From an uncultured Planctomycetales bacterium (GTDB lineage: Bacteria > Planctomycetota > Phycisphaerae > UBA1845 > PWPN01), in NCBI GenBank assembly GCA_964653435.1, contig CAZZFA010000013.1, forward strand, positions 7,407-71,406: DNA of 64,000 nucleotides. The letters are read 5' to 3'. The notes under the pieces are model-generated. The model worked only from the letters and a program-made list of their open reading frames with translations. It did not search any database and was not told the DNA's origin. Positions within the stretch are counted from its first letter, which is position 1. The number at the start of each line of letters is the position of its first letter. The position numbers were made by a program, and so were the translations under genes. Below are positions 37,481 through 47,191 of the stretch, in pieces.

Positions 37481-37859
37481 TCGGTAGTCCTCCAGAGCCG
37501 ACCCGTGGTTCGCGGCCGCTTCACGTCGCCCCGACGCGATCCCGACTCTCGGGAAGCCGGCGCCCGGAGAGAACCCCTCCGGCGCCAGGTCGGCGGAACC
37601 CTCATTATGGCCCTGTGCCGACGGTCGTCAACCGCGTACGCCGCGGGCGCGGACGCCATACCGCACCAGGCAGGGGGTCTCGTTCGCGTTGCGCACACCG
37701 GGCGGCCCCTGCGCCTCCTTCGCGCTACTGTCGTTTTCGGTTCGAGAGTCTCGTTCCTTTCCAGCCCCGCGGTCTTGCCTCCGGCCGCAGCCGAAGATGG
37801 CGGTGGGCGTTTCGCTCGCTTTCAAAGGCGAATCGGCGCGCACTGGCGTGCCGGCCCGA

Positions 37860-38351
37860 CTACCGTGGCAGTTCGTGGAAGTGCAAGTCATCCGTCGCCA
37901 GGTCCAGCGTGGCGACGGTGTGCACGGTCGCGCGGTGCAATGCGCCGGGGTTGATGTAGCGGGTGTGGCCCCGGCGAAAATCGCTGCGCCCGTGCGTGTG
38001 ACCGCTGAAAACGTAGTCCAGCGACGGATCGTGTTGCAGAAGCAGAAACTTCGCCTCATGGCCGTGGGCCAGGGCGATTCGCCTGCCGGCCAGCTCCACC
38101 ACGATGGGGCCGTCGGGCCAGGTCAGGCCGAGCTGCGCCACCTCGCCCGCCAGGCCGTTATCGGGTACGTCCGTATTGCCCCAGACGAACCAGAATCGCT
38201 TCGTGAACGCGGCCAGCTCCTGCAGGATGGCCACCCCGCCGATGTCGCCGCAATGGAAAACCGCGCTTACCCCGTTGCTGCGGAACACTTCGATGGCCTG
38301 ACGAACACGTTTGAGCCGCCCGTGGCTGTCGGAGAGGATGCCGACGATCAT
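37860..38351 (-). CDS. YfcE/MJ0936-type metallophosphoesterase (calcineurin-like)
   Basis: GILSDSHG, FHCGDIG, VWGNTD, LAHGH, FSGHTH and INPGAL. Confidence 0.92.
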   Translation of the reverse strand: MIVGILSDSHGRLKRVRQAIEVFRSNGVSAVFHCGDIGGVAILQELAAFTKRFWFVWGNTDVPDNGLAGEVAQLGLTWPDGPIVVELAGRRIALAHGHEAKFLLLQHDPSLDYVFSGHTHGRSDFRRGHTRYINPGALHRATVHTVATLDLATDDLHFHELPR

Positions 38352-38389
38352 GCCCGGATTCTAGTCGCACACGCACCGCTCGGCGAGCG

Positions 38390-39853
38390 TCAGCCGGCGA
38401 GCCGCTGGTCGATGCAGGAGAGCAGTTGGCTCGCCGCCGTGTCGTTCGGAAACCGCCGGCACAAGGCGGCCAGGCTGCTTCTGGCGGCGTCCATCTCCGG
38501 TGCGGATGCCGAGGCGGCCCAGGCGGCGACGCGGGAGACGACGCTGCCGGCCACGCGGCGGAGTTCGTCCGGCGAGTGTGCGAACCACCCGCGGTCGGCG
38601 GCCTCGATCGTCATGCGAATCGCTTCCAGGGGCGCCAGACCGCTCATTCGAGCTATGGCCAGCCTCGCGACCTCGCTGGCGAAGCAGATGATCTGCGGCG
38701 AGGGACCCGCCGGCGGTGCGAGGTCGCGCCAGATGGCGGCCAGCTCCGCCGCGCCGGCCTGACTCAGCAGGGCGTTGAGACGGCCTCTGGCCCGCTCGAT
38801 TATGCGGCGGGAGAGCGTTTCTCCGAGCGGGCACCGCACGGGCCGCTCGAGGTAGGCGGCGGCCGTGTCGATGACCTCCGCGGGCTGCGCCGTGTCGAGG
38901 TTGTCCAGATCGAGACAGGCGTTGCCGATTCGCTCGAGCTCGGCCGCGTCGGCTTCGTTGAAGGCGTCGGCGGTCAGCGAGAGGAGGCGGTCGGTTCGCT
39001 CGCTCGTCAGGAATCGCTCAACGGCAAGCGCCCACGGATGTCCCGGGGGATGCGGCGGGGTTCGCGTGGTGTCCGCAAAGGCGAGCGACCGGCCGCGAAC
39101 CGCCTGTAGTGTGCGAGCGGGCTCGCCCGTGAGGACGGTGAGACGTCCGAGCCTCCCGATCGAGAAGCGGACGCCCGCGGAGAGCGGGATGGCCGGCCGG
39201 AGTATGCCGGGCACCGACAGGAGCACCGCCTCGGCAACGGCCGGCAGATCTCCCGTAGTGTGGACGATCACCGTTTCGTCGGACACGAGCTTCTCGACGC
39301 AGTGGGTGATCCAGGCGTGGCCGACCCGGCTCAATGCAGTGGCGAAACAGGCGCGGGTTGTGCGGGTTCCGGTGACGAGCCTCGCGGGCTGCAGGGTCCG
39401 GGCGGGCGTGAGGTCCGCCTGGAGAAGGCCCGCCGCCTCGGCGGCGCGGAGCACGTCGAACGGATTGTTGTGAAAGCGGCGCAGCGCGTCGGCATCCAGG
39501 ACGAATGCCCGCGTATATGCGCGAAGGCCTCCGCGCCCGGTGGGTTCCTTGCCGGCGTACGTGCTGTGGAGCACGGCATACCGGCCGGTGCTCAGCGGGG
39601 CAAAGGCGATCCCGAATGCCGCGGGGGTATCGTCGCACAGCCCGTCTCCGGAGGGCGAACGCGAAGCGATTTCGGCGGATTCGGTATGGTGAAGGCCGTT
39701 GGTAGCGGCGACGATGCGGTAGCCCTGGCCCAGGGCGGAGCGAATACACGTGAAGATCGCCTGGTCGCAGGTCACCGTGGCGGAGTCCGGCTGCGTTCGG
39801 ATGGGTTCACAGGGGGCGGTCGCTAGCTGGTCCGAATCCGATCGATAATCCAT
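38390..39853 (-). CDS. GAP1-N2-like (GTPase-associated protein 1) domain protein with helical C-terminus
   Basis: CDQAIFTCIRSALGQGYRIVAATNG...RSPSGD, FAPLSTGRYAV, GRGGLRAYTRAFVL..L.RFHNNPF match the recalled GAP1-N2 pattern. Directly downstream of and overlapping a TRAFAC GTPase gene. Alternative start GTG 39775. Confidence 0.65.
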   Translation of the reverse strand: MDYRSDSDQLATAPCEPIRTQPDSATVTCDQAIFTCIRSALGQGYRIVAATNGLHHTESAEIASRSPSGDGLCDDTPAAFGIAFAPLSTGRYAVLHSTYAGKEPTGRGGLRAYTRAFVLDADALRRFHNNPFDVLRAAEAAGLLQADLTPARTLQPARLVTGTRTTRACFATALSRVGHAWITHCVEKLVSDETVIVHTTGDLPAVAEAVLLSVPGILRPAIPLSAGVRFSIGRLGRLTVLTGEPARTLQAVRGRSLAFADTTRTPPHPPGHPWALAVERFLTSERTDRLLSLTADAFNEADAAELERIGNACLDLDNLDTAQPAEVIDTAAAYLERPVRCPLGETLSRRIIERARGRLNALLSQAGAAELAAIWRDLAPPAGPSPQIICFASEVARLAIARMSGLAPLEAIRMTIEAADRGWFAHSPDELRRVAGSVVSRVAAWAASASAPEMDAARSSLAALCRRFPNDTAASQLLSCIDQRLAG

Positions 39854-40713
39854 TCGAACGGCTCCAGAATGCCGCGGGGCGCGACATGAAGCGGAATGGG
39901 CACCACGGTGTCGTCCTCGTCCCGCGCGAAGGCGAGCGAGCCGACGGTACTCGCGGCGAAGAACTCGACGTTCTCAAAGCGGCTCTGGCAGATGTTCCAG
40001 AGCCGGTTCAGGTTCGTTTCCGCAAAGGCCCGCGGATTATCGAAGCATTCCGGGCAGTAGTCCGCCTTGCAGAGGACCACTGCGATGGGGTTGCCGGCCC
40101 GTCCGCCGCGCCGCGTGGCGAAGCTGCGGTCGACGTAACTCATGAGTTTCAAGGCGAAGTAGTCCGGGTGCGGCGAACCGGACGCGGCGACGGCCGCATC
40201 GATCAGGAGCAGAGCGCCCGCGCTCTTGGCGAGCAGTCCGGTGATGGCGCGGTAGGTCTTGGGTGTTTCCACTTCCTGGGCGAGCGCTTCGCCGGCCATG
40301 TCGGGCAGGAGAAGGTCGAACCACTCCTCGCTTCGCCCGTCCCGATGGCGGACCTGGTAGTAGGCCCATTTCCAGTTGTCGACCTCGAGCGGCGTCTTCG
40401 GCGGAAACCGCCGCGCGCTCATGTGTCCGATCACCGACTGCTGGAGGTTGACGGAGTATGCGCCCTTCGGGATGGCCTCAAAGCCGCCGGCGCGCTTGGA
40501 GAGCATGTCGAGCAGGAAGCCGAGGTAGACGGTCTTGCCGACGTTCGACTCTCCAAGAATCGTGATGATCTTCGGCTCGCGCTGCTGGATCGCGGCCTCC
40601 TCGATCAGCGACATGGGAGCCCCGCAGCCCGAGCACAGCATCGCGTCGGGCGGGTTCTGCCGCTCGCAGATAAGGCATTGGCTGGCCGTGAAAGCTGTCG
40701 TTCCTGACGCCAC
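39823..40713 (-). CDS. TRAFAC-clade (DO-GTPase2-like) GTPase with N-terminal zinc ribbon
   Basis: CLIC-x10-CSGC; G1 GESNVGKT; G3 DMAG; G4 CKAD; G5-like AAST. Confidence 0.82.
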   Translation of the reverse strand: MASGTTAFTASQCLICERQNPPDAMLCSGCGAPMSLIEEAAIQQREPKIITILGESNVGKTVYLGFLLDMLSKRAGGFEAIPKGAYSVNLQQSVIGHMSARRFPPKTPLEVDNWKWAYYQVRHRDGRSEEWFDLLLPDMAGEALAQEVETPKTYRAITGLLAKSAGALLLIDAAVAASGSPHPDYFALKLMSYVDRSFATRRGGRAGNPIAVVLCKADYCPECFDNPRAFAETNLNRLWNICQSRFENVEFFAASTVGSLAFARDEDDTVVPIPLHVAPRGILEPFEWIIDRIRTS

Positions 40714-40812
40714 CGGAAGCCTCCGTCGACTCAGGCGGACACGCGGCCGTCGGCGAGTGGCCGCGCGCCGCGCGGCTGCTCGTTCGGCCCTGTTCTCGCC
40801 CGGCCTTTCCCG

Positions 40813-41823
40813 CTATTCATCCTTCAGCCACGTGGCTTCCTCGAGGCTCATGGCGCAGCGGAAGCCCACGTTGTGCGTCCGCGCCAGCGCGATGTGCCCC
40901 GTACGGAACAGCCCCGAGGCCTGCGACTCGAAATAGGTGTCGTACGCCCCGCCGCGCGTGACCTTGAGGTCCATCTCCGCGATGATCGGCGCGCCCGTCT
41001 CCGTGGTGAGCATCAGATCGGCGTCCGTCCATTCCCACACGTTGCCGACGAGTTGCAGCACACCGTTCGGCGCCGCGCCCGCCGGATACGCATCCACGGG
41101 TACCGTGCCGCCCACCCCCGACGACCAGATGTTGCAGCGGTCCCGATCCATCGCGTCGCCCCAGGGGAACCGCCGGAGCAGGTCCGTATCGCTCCGGATC
41201 CGCCAGGTCGCCGCCATCTGCCACTCCGCTTCCGTGGGCAGCCGCTGCCCGATCCAGCGGGCGTACGCCGCCGCCTCGTACCAACTGATTCCCACGACGG
41301 GGTGGCGGCTGAGCGCGCGATCGTGCCGCCCGTTCCGCCAGAACCGCGGCCCCGGCTGGCCGGTCTGGTCGCGCATCTGGATGAGGTGCGGCCAGAGCGA
41401 CTTGGGCCAGAGCTCGAAGTTCTCGTACGCTCCCGCGTCCACGAATCGCTGAAACCGCGCGTTCGTCACGGCGTGAATGTCGAGCAGAAACGGCGCGACC
41501 TCCACTTCCGTCTCGGGCATGCCGGGGGCGTCGACCAGCCCCTGGGGGAGGCTCGCACGTCCCGCCGGCACGAGCGCCATCTGCTGCTCGAGACGCATCG
41601 CCGCTTCACGGCAGATCGTCTTCCCCTCCGGATGGTTCGCCCACTCTTCCCGTCGGGCCAGGATTACGCTGTAGCGCTCCTGTTGCCAGAGCGCCTTGAG
41701 CGGGTCCGTTTCCGCCTTCTCGGTCGGCGCCGGAACGAAGGCCTCGGCCGTCCGAACCGCCGGGGCCGACGCGGTTCGCTCGCTCCTCGTCGCGCCTCGT
41801 CTGGAGAAGATTCTCAATGCCAT
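40813..41823 (-). CDS. FGE-sulfatase (SUMF1/EgtB/PvdO-fold) domain protein lacking the catalytic Cys pair
   Basis: FLLDIHAVTNARF, HPVVGISWYEAAAYARW, RLPTEAEW, RFPWGD, GNVWEWT, RGGAY and NVGFRC; no CxxxxC motif in the C-terminal loop. Confidence 0.88.
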   Translation of the reverse strand: MALRIFSRRGATRSERTASAPAVRTAEAFVPAPTEKAETDPLKALWQQERYSVILARREEWANHPEGKTICREAAMRLEQQMALVPAGRASLPQGLVDAPGMPETEVEVAPFLLDIHAVTNARFQRFVDAGAYENFELWPKSLWPHLIQMRDQTGQPGPRFWRNGRHDRALSRHPVVGISWYEAAAYARWIGQRLPTEAEWQMAATWRIRSDTDLLRRFPWGDAMDRDRCNIWSSGVGGTVPVDAYPAGAAPNGVLQLVGNVWEWTDADLMLTTETGAPIIAEMDLKVTRGGAYDTYFESQASGLFRTGHIALARTHNVGFRCAMSLEEATWLKDE

Positions 41824-41879
41824 CCGTGATTCCGCCTTGACGCCTCGCGCGTCTGCGCCGCCTCGGGGAGCATTCGTCC

Positions 41880-42500
41880 TCACACGCCCATCGCACGCCG
41901 CTTGACATCGCGCCGCAGCTTCAGCAGGGCGGGATCGGTTTCGGCCTCCGCATCATCCCCGCGCGGCTTACCGCCGTTCGCCGGGTCCGCACCCGCCGGC
42001 GAAGCCATAACGGCTTGTTCAAGCTGCCGGCCCAGAGAGGCGATTTCGTTGCGCAGCGTGACGATCTGCTGGCGGGACGAGGCGATAAGCTGCTCATGCG
42101 CGGCGAGCTGCTGCTCCCGGACGGCGAGCTCGGACCGATGCCTTGCGATCTCCGCCTGTTGCCTTTCGAGTTCCTCCCGGATCGCCTTGAGCCGTTGTTC
42201 CTCCGCATTCAGACTGTTCTGCCGTTCCGCGGCGGCGGCGGATGCCCTTTCTGCCTCGGCCTTCGCCGCGGCAACAGCTTCTTCCTGCTGCGTGACGGCG
42301 GCGGATCGTTCGGCCAGATTGCGGTCTATTGCTTCGAGACTTTCCTGGATCTCGCGCAGCGCCTTGTCCCGCTGGTCGAGTTCGGCCGCGCGAGCCGCCA
42401 ATCGCTCCTTCTGCTCCCGCAGCGCCCCGAAGACGGCCTCCAACTCCGCCGCCAAGTCGACCGGCCCCGGCGCGATATCTTGCGCGTTTTCTTCGCTCAC
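41880..42500 (-). CDS. Long coiled-coil protein
   Basis: GGAGG RBS before GTG 42500; E/Q/R/A-rich heptads over about 150 aa. Confidence 0.78.
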   Translation of the reverse strand: MSEENAQDIAPGPVDLAAELEAVFGALREQKERLAARAAELDQRDKALREIQESLEAIDRNLAERSAAVTQQEEAVAAAKAEAERASAAAAERQNSLNAEEQRLKAIREELERQQAEIARHRSELAVREQQLAAHEQLIASSRQQIVTLRNEIASLGRQLEQAVMASPAGADPANGGKPRGDDAEAETDPALLKLRRDVKRRAMGV

Positions 42501-42848
42501 GATGGACCTCCGCACATGAGGGTGTGGATACGCCAACGCGATCCGCCCGGGCCTTTCTTCGGTCAGTCACAAGGGCTACTTTCGGCCGCAAAGTCCTCGC
42601 TGGCAAAACGCCGGCGCGATTGTGCATGCCCCGTCGCCCGACCGATAATCGCGCCGCTGTCGCCGCGCCGGGGTAGTCGCGGAAATAACCGATAGACGAA
42701 CGCCGGATATCGCAGGGCCGTCTCCTGCGAATCGGGATCCGGGTCTCGCGACCAGCCGAACGGCCACTTGGCGGAGCTGCCTACAAGCTGGTAGGATGTG
42801 GCAAGTCGGCCTACCGATCGGTATGACGGCCGACGAGGCGAGGCGCTT

Positions 42849-44411
42849 ATGTCGGATCGCAACGCACCCTCGGCGGTGAAGCGCGAGGTTCGAGAGCTTT
42901 CCCTGCTGTTCGAGATCAGCCAGATCCTCGATGCCAGTCTGGACCTGCGGGACGTCCTGGGGCCGGTTCTGAATGCGCTGGCGGCGCGCATGGGCGTGGC
43001 GCGGAGTACGCTGACGCTGGTGAACAAGGAGACGGGCGAGTTGTCGATCGCGGCCGCACACGGCCTTTCCGCCAGCCAGCAGGAGCGAGGTCGCTATCGT
43101 CCGGGCGAGGGTGTCACGGGGCGCGTCGTCCAGACGGGCCGACCGGCCGTCGTCCCGCGGATCTCGGAGGAGCCGCTCTTCCTCAACCGCACGGGCGCCC
43201 GAAAACGCCTCCGCAAGAAGGACATTTCGTTCATCTGCGTGCCGATCAAGCTCGGCAACGAAGTCATCGGGGCTCTCAGCGCCGACCGCCTTTTCGCGGA
43301 AGACGTTTCGCTGGAGGAGGATGTGCGTCTTCTGTCGATCATCGCGTCGATGATCGCGCAGGCGGTCCGACTGCGGCAGACGGCGCTGGAGGAGCGGCAG
43401 CATCTGCTTGAGGATAACGTCCGGCTGCGGGACGAGCTGAAGGAGCGGTTCCGCCCGGCGAACATCGTGGGAAACTCCAGGGGCATGCAGGCCGTCTACG
43501 ACCTGATCGCTCAGGTCTGCAAGAGCGACACGACGGTACTGATCCGCGGCGAGAGCGGTACGGGCAAGGAACTGGTTGCCAACGCCATCCACTATAACAG
43601 CCCGCGCGCCTCGAAACCGCTGGTGAAGGTTAACTGCGCGGCGCTGCCGGAGAGCGTCCTCGAGAGCGAGCTGTTCGGCCACGAAAAAGGGGCGTTTACG
43701 GGCGCCCTGGCCATGCGGAAGGGGCGGTTCGAGCTGGCGGAGGGCGGTACGTTGTTTCTCGATGAGATCGGCGACTTCTCGGCCGCGACGCAGATCAAGC
43801 TGCTTCGCGTGCTTCAGGAGCGGGAGTTCGAGCGGGTCGGCGGCGTCACGACCATCAAGGCCGACGTGCGCGTCATCGCCGCGACCAACCGCAACCTGGA
43901 GGCGCTGATCGAGAGCGGAAAGTTCCGCCAGGACCTCTACTATCGTCTGAACGTCTTCCCTATCCACATCCCGCCGCTGCGCGAGCGCAAGGCGGACATC
44001 CTCCTGCTGGCGGACTACTTCGTCGAGAAGTACGCCAAGGCGAATCACAAGGCCGTCCGCCGCATCTCCACGCCGGCCATCGACATGCTCATGGCGTATC
44101 ACTGGCCGGGCAATGTCCGTGAGCTGGAGAACTGCATCGAGCGGGCTGTGGTCCTGAGCAACGACGACGTGATCCACGGGCATCACCTGCCGCCGACCTT
44201 GCAGACGGCCGAGGCCAGCGGCACCGTGTTCAGCGGGACGCTGCAGGCGACCCTCGATAACGTCGAGCGCGAGCTGCTGCTCGACGCCCTCAAGAGTGCC
44301 CGGGGCAACCGGGCCAAGGCCGCCCGGGCGCTGGGGATCAGCGAGCGCCTGATGGGCCTGCGGGTGAAGAAGCACGGCATCGATGCGAGGCGGTTCCGCG
44401 TCCCGGGATAG
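42849..44411 (+). CDS. NifA-like sigma54-dependent activator (GAF-AAA+-Fis HTH)
   Basis: GAF domain ([14 protein letters not shown]); GESGTGKE; [15 protein letters not shown]; LFLDEIG; [11 protein letters not shown]; C-terminal [16 protein letters not shown]. Confidence 0.93.
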   Translation: MSDRNAPSAVKREVRELSLLFEISQILDASLDLRDVLGPVLNALAARMGVARSTLTLVNKETGELSIAAAHGLSASQQERGRYRPGEGVTGRVVQTGRPAVVPRISEEPLFLNRTGARKRLRKKDISFICVPIKLGNEVIGALSADRLFAEDVSLEEDVRLLSIIASMIAQAVRLRQTALEERQHLLEDNVRLRDELKERFRPANIVGNSRGMQAVYDLIAQVCKSDTTVLIRGESGTGKELVANAIHYNSPRASKPLVKVNCAALPESVLESELFGHEKGAFTGALAMRKGRFELAEGGTLFLDEIGDFSAATQIKLLRVLQEREFERVGGVTTIKADVRVIAATNRNLEALIESGKFRQDLYYRLNVFPIHIPPLRERKADILLLADYFVEKYAKANHKAVRRISTPAIDMLMAYHWPGNVRELENCIERAVVLSNDDVIHGHHLPPTLQTAEASGTVFSGTLQATLDNVERELLLDALKSARGNRAKAARALGISERLMGLRVKKHGIDARRFRVPG

Positions 44412-44623
44412 TCGGAATCGCTCCTCGCTTGCCGCCGACGCATTGTGAAGCACCGGGGAGCACGAAGACGCGCCTCGCTTCTCCTGCGGCTTTCCTTCGC
44501 GCCCGGCAGCGTGTTTGATCGTCCTTCCCCGTCGGTGTACAAGACCGCTGCGGGCGGCCCGCCCGGCGGGGGCGGGAAACGGGCGTTTGCCCGGAGTTGC
44601 GAGTGCACTGGCAGGAGTACGCC

Positions 44624-47176
44624 ATGAAAGCCGGTTTCGTCGTGCGGTTGATCGTTCTGGGGTTGGTGCCGACCACGGCTCTTGCCGCGGATGCCGAAAA
44701 AGCCCCCGTCACCTTCGCCGTCGTCCGCGTTCCGACGACCGCAGGCGCAAACGCGTTCTACGTCGGCAATCGCCCGCCGCTGCTGCCGAACCCGCTGATC
44801 AAGCTTCCGATCGGGGCCATCACGCCGAAGGGCTGGTTGCGACAGCAGCTCCTGCTCGAAGCCGATGGCATGTCCGGGCACCTGTCCGAGATCAGCAAGT
44901 GGTGCAAGGCGGAAGGCAGCGCGTGGATGAATCCGCGGGGCGAGGGGCGCTTCGGCTGGGAGGAGTTGCCGTACTGGCTCAAGGGCTTCGGCGACCTCGG
45001 GTATGTGCTTCGGGACGATCGGATCATCCGCGAGGCCCGATCCTGGATCGACGCCATCCTGGCGAGCCAGGAGCCCAGCGGCTACTTCGGTCCGCGCGTC
45101 GGCAAGACCGCGATCCAGGGCAAACCCGACCTCTGGCCGAATATGCCGATCCTGAACGCGCTGCAATCGTTTTACGAGGTTACGGGCGATCCGCGAGTGA
45201 TCCCGTTCATGCTACGGTACTTCCGCTACGAGTTCGACCTGCCGCGGGCGGATCTCTTCCCCGAGAGTTGGCAGAAGATCCGCGCGGGCGACAATCTCGA
45301 AAGCGTCTACTGGGTCTATAACCGCACCGGCGAGGCGTGGCTGCTCGACCTGGCCCGGGTGATTCACGAGCGGACGACCCGGTGGGACCTCGGGCCCGAT
45401 ATGGACCGCTTCTGTCTGCACGGCGTGAACTTCGCCCAGGGCTTCCGCGAGCCGGCCGAGTACTACATGCTGAGCCGGAACCGCGCGGACCTTGATGCGA
45501 CCGAACGTAACTACATGGAGATGCGGGTGAAGTGGGGTCAGGTTCCGGGCGGCATGTACGGCGCCGACGAGAATTGCCGTAACGGCTACCACGGCCCGCG
45601 CCAGGGGGCCGAGACCTGCGCGATCGTCGAGATGATGCACAGCGACGAGATGCTGCTGAAGCTCACCGGCGACCCGATGTGGGCCGACCGCTGCGAGGAC
45701 GTCGCGCTCAACACGTTCCCGCCGTCGATGACGCCCGACCTCAAGGCCCTGCACTACATCACCTCGCCCAACGTCGTTCAACTGGATGCGGGCAACAAGG
45801 CCCCCGGACTCGAGAACAGCGGATGCATGCTCGCCTACAGCCCCGACGAACGCTACCGCTGCTGTCAGCACAATGTCGCGATGGGCTGGCCGTACTACGC
45901 GGAACACCTCTGGACGGCCACACGCGACAATGGTCTGGCGGCGGTGCTCTACGCCGCCGCCGAGGTGAAGGCGAAGGTGGGCGACGGGACCGAGGTGGCC
46001 ATCGCGGAGGCGACGGATTACCCGTTCGAGGAGACGGTCGTGTTCGTTCTGTCGACGCCGAAGCCCGTTCGTTTCCCGCTCTATCTCCGGGTGCCGCGCT
46101 GGTGCGAGGCGGCGAGGGTGTCGGTCAACGGCGAGCCCGCCGTGGAGGGCGGTCTCTCCGAGCCCCCGACGGCGTCGCAGACCGCGGCTCCCGTGACCGG
46201 GGCGGCCCTGCAGCGGCCGCGCCCCATACCGCCGCTTACGTACGTGCGGATCGACCGCACGTGGTCCGACGGCGATAAGGTCCGTTTCGATCTGCCGATG
46301 CGGATCGAGGTGAAGACGTGGCGGTCGAACGGGGATTCGGTTTCGGTGTATCGCGGGCCGCTGGCGTATTCGCTCAAGATCGGCGAGAAGTGGGTCAAGT
46401 GCGGCCGCTCGGAGAAGTGGCCGGACTGGGAGGTCTTCCCCGCCACGCCGTGGAACTACGGTCTGCGGATCGAGGCGGCGAACCCGGCATCGTCGTTCCG
46501 GGTCGTGCGGAAGCCCGGGCCGGTTGCGGCGCAGCCGTTCACGCCGGATGCGGCGCCGATCGAGCTGATCGCACAGGGCCGGCGTATCCCTGCATGGCAG
46601 ATGGATGAATTCGGGCTTGTGGGCCCGCTCCAGGCGAGCCCGGCGAAGTCCGACCAGCCCGTGGAGCAGGTCACGCTTATCCCGATGGGTTGTGCGCGAT
46701 TGCGGATTTCGGCCTTCCCGACGATCGGAGAAGGCCCCGATGCGCACGAGTGGACGGTTCCGCCGCCGTCGAAGCATCACGCCTCGCACGTGTGCAACGA
46801 CATCAATGCCCTCAGCGACGGGCGGATTCCGAAGGCCTCGAACGACGCCACGATTCCCCGGTTCACATGGTGGGATCACAAAGGCACATCGGAATGGGTG
46901 AGCTGGACGTTCGAGAAGCCGCGCCGGGTTTCGGCGTGCGAGGTGTACTGGTTCGCCGACACCGGCCGGGGCCAGTGCCGCGTACCGGCGTCCTGGAAGG
47001 TCGTTTATCGGGCAGGGGGGCAATGGCGGGAAGTGCCCGGCGCCTCGGCGTACGAATGCCGCCCCGATCAGTTCAATCGCGTCACCTTCGAGCCGGTCGA
47101 GGCGGATGCGCTGCGGATCGAGGTGCAGCTCCAGAAGGGCTACTCCGGCGGGATTCTGGAGTGGATCATCGAGTAG
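44624..47176 (+). CDS. Secreted GH127/GH146-like glycoside hydrolase (beta-L-arabinofuranosidase family) with C-terminal beta-sandwich domain
   Basis: WEELPYWLKG, LHGVNFAQG, GAETCAIVE, YRCCQHN, LYLRVPRWC and YRGPLAYSLKI; signal peptide. Confidence 0.85.
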   Translation: MKAGFVVRLIVLGLVPTTALAADAEKAPVTFAVVRVPTTAGANAFYVGNRPPLLPNPLIKLPIGAITPKGWLRQQLLLEADGMSGHLSEISKWCKAEGSAWMNPRGEGRFGWEELPYWLKGFGDLGYVLRDDRIIREARSWIDAILASQEPSGYFGPRVGKTAIQGKPDLWPNMPILNALQSFYEVTGDPRVIPFMLRYFRYEFDLPRADLFPESWQKIRAGDNLESVYWVYNRTGEAWLLDLARVIHERTTRWDLGPDMDRFCLHGVNFAQGFREPAEYYMLSRNRADLDATERNYMEMRVKWGQVPGGMYGADENCRNGYHGPRQGAETCAIVEMMHSDEMLLKLTGDPMWADRCEDVALNTFPPSMTPDLKALHYITSPNVVQLDAGNKAPGLENSGCMLAYSPDERYRCCQHNVAMGWPYYAEHLWTATRDNGLAAVLYAAAEVKAKVGDGTEVAIAEATDYPFEETVVFVLSTPKPVRFPLYLRVPRWCEAARVSVNGEPAVEGGLSEPPTASQTAAPVTGAALQRPRPIPPLTYVRIDRTWSDGDKVRFDLPMRIEVKTWRSNGDSVSVYRGPLAYSLKIGEKWVKCGRSEKWPDWEVFPATPWNYGLRIEAANPASSFRVVRKPGPVAAQPFTPDAAPIELIAQGRRIPAWQMDEFGLVGPLQASPAKSDQPVEQVTLIPMGCARLRISAFPTIGEGPDAHEWTVPPPSKHHASHVCNDINALSDGRIPKASNDATIPRFTWWDHKGTSEWVSWTFEKPRRVSACEVYWFADTGRGQCRVPASWKVVYRAGGQWREVPGASAYECRPDQFNRVTFEPVEADALRIEVQLQKGYSGGILEWIIE

Positions 47177-47191
47177 CCGGCTTCGGCCCGG

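Noticed and set aside
37860-38351. Metallophosphoesterase as the effector of the GTPase operon
   Set aside because: It has its own TAGAAT box 6 nt before its ATG and is a common housekeeping-type YfcE protein; linkage is unsupported without synteny data.
42601-42616. Possible sigma54 -24/-12 promoter TGGCAAAACGCCGGC
   Set aside because: GG-N10-GC spacing fits, but the CG and TT consensus positions do not, and it would point toward the activator gene itself.
42849-44411. Calling the activator nifA and inferring nitrogen fixation
   Set aside because: The GAF-AAA-HTH architecture is shared by many activators and no nif genes are present, so no gene symbol was assigned.
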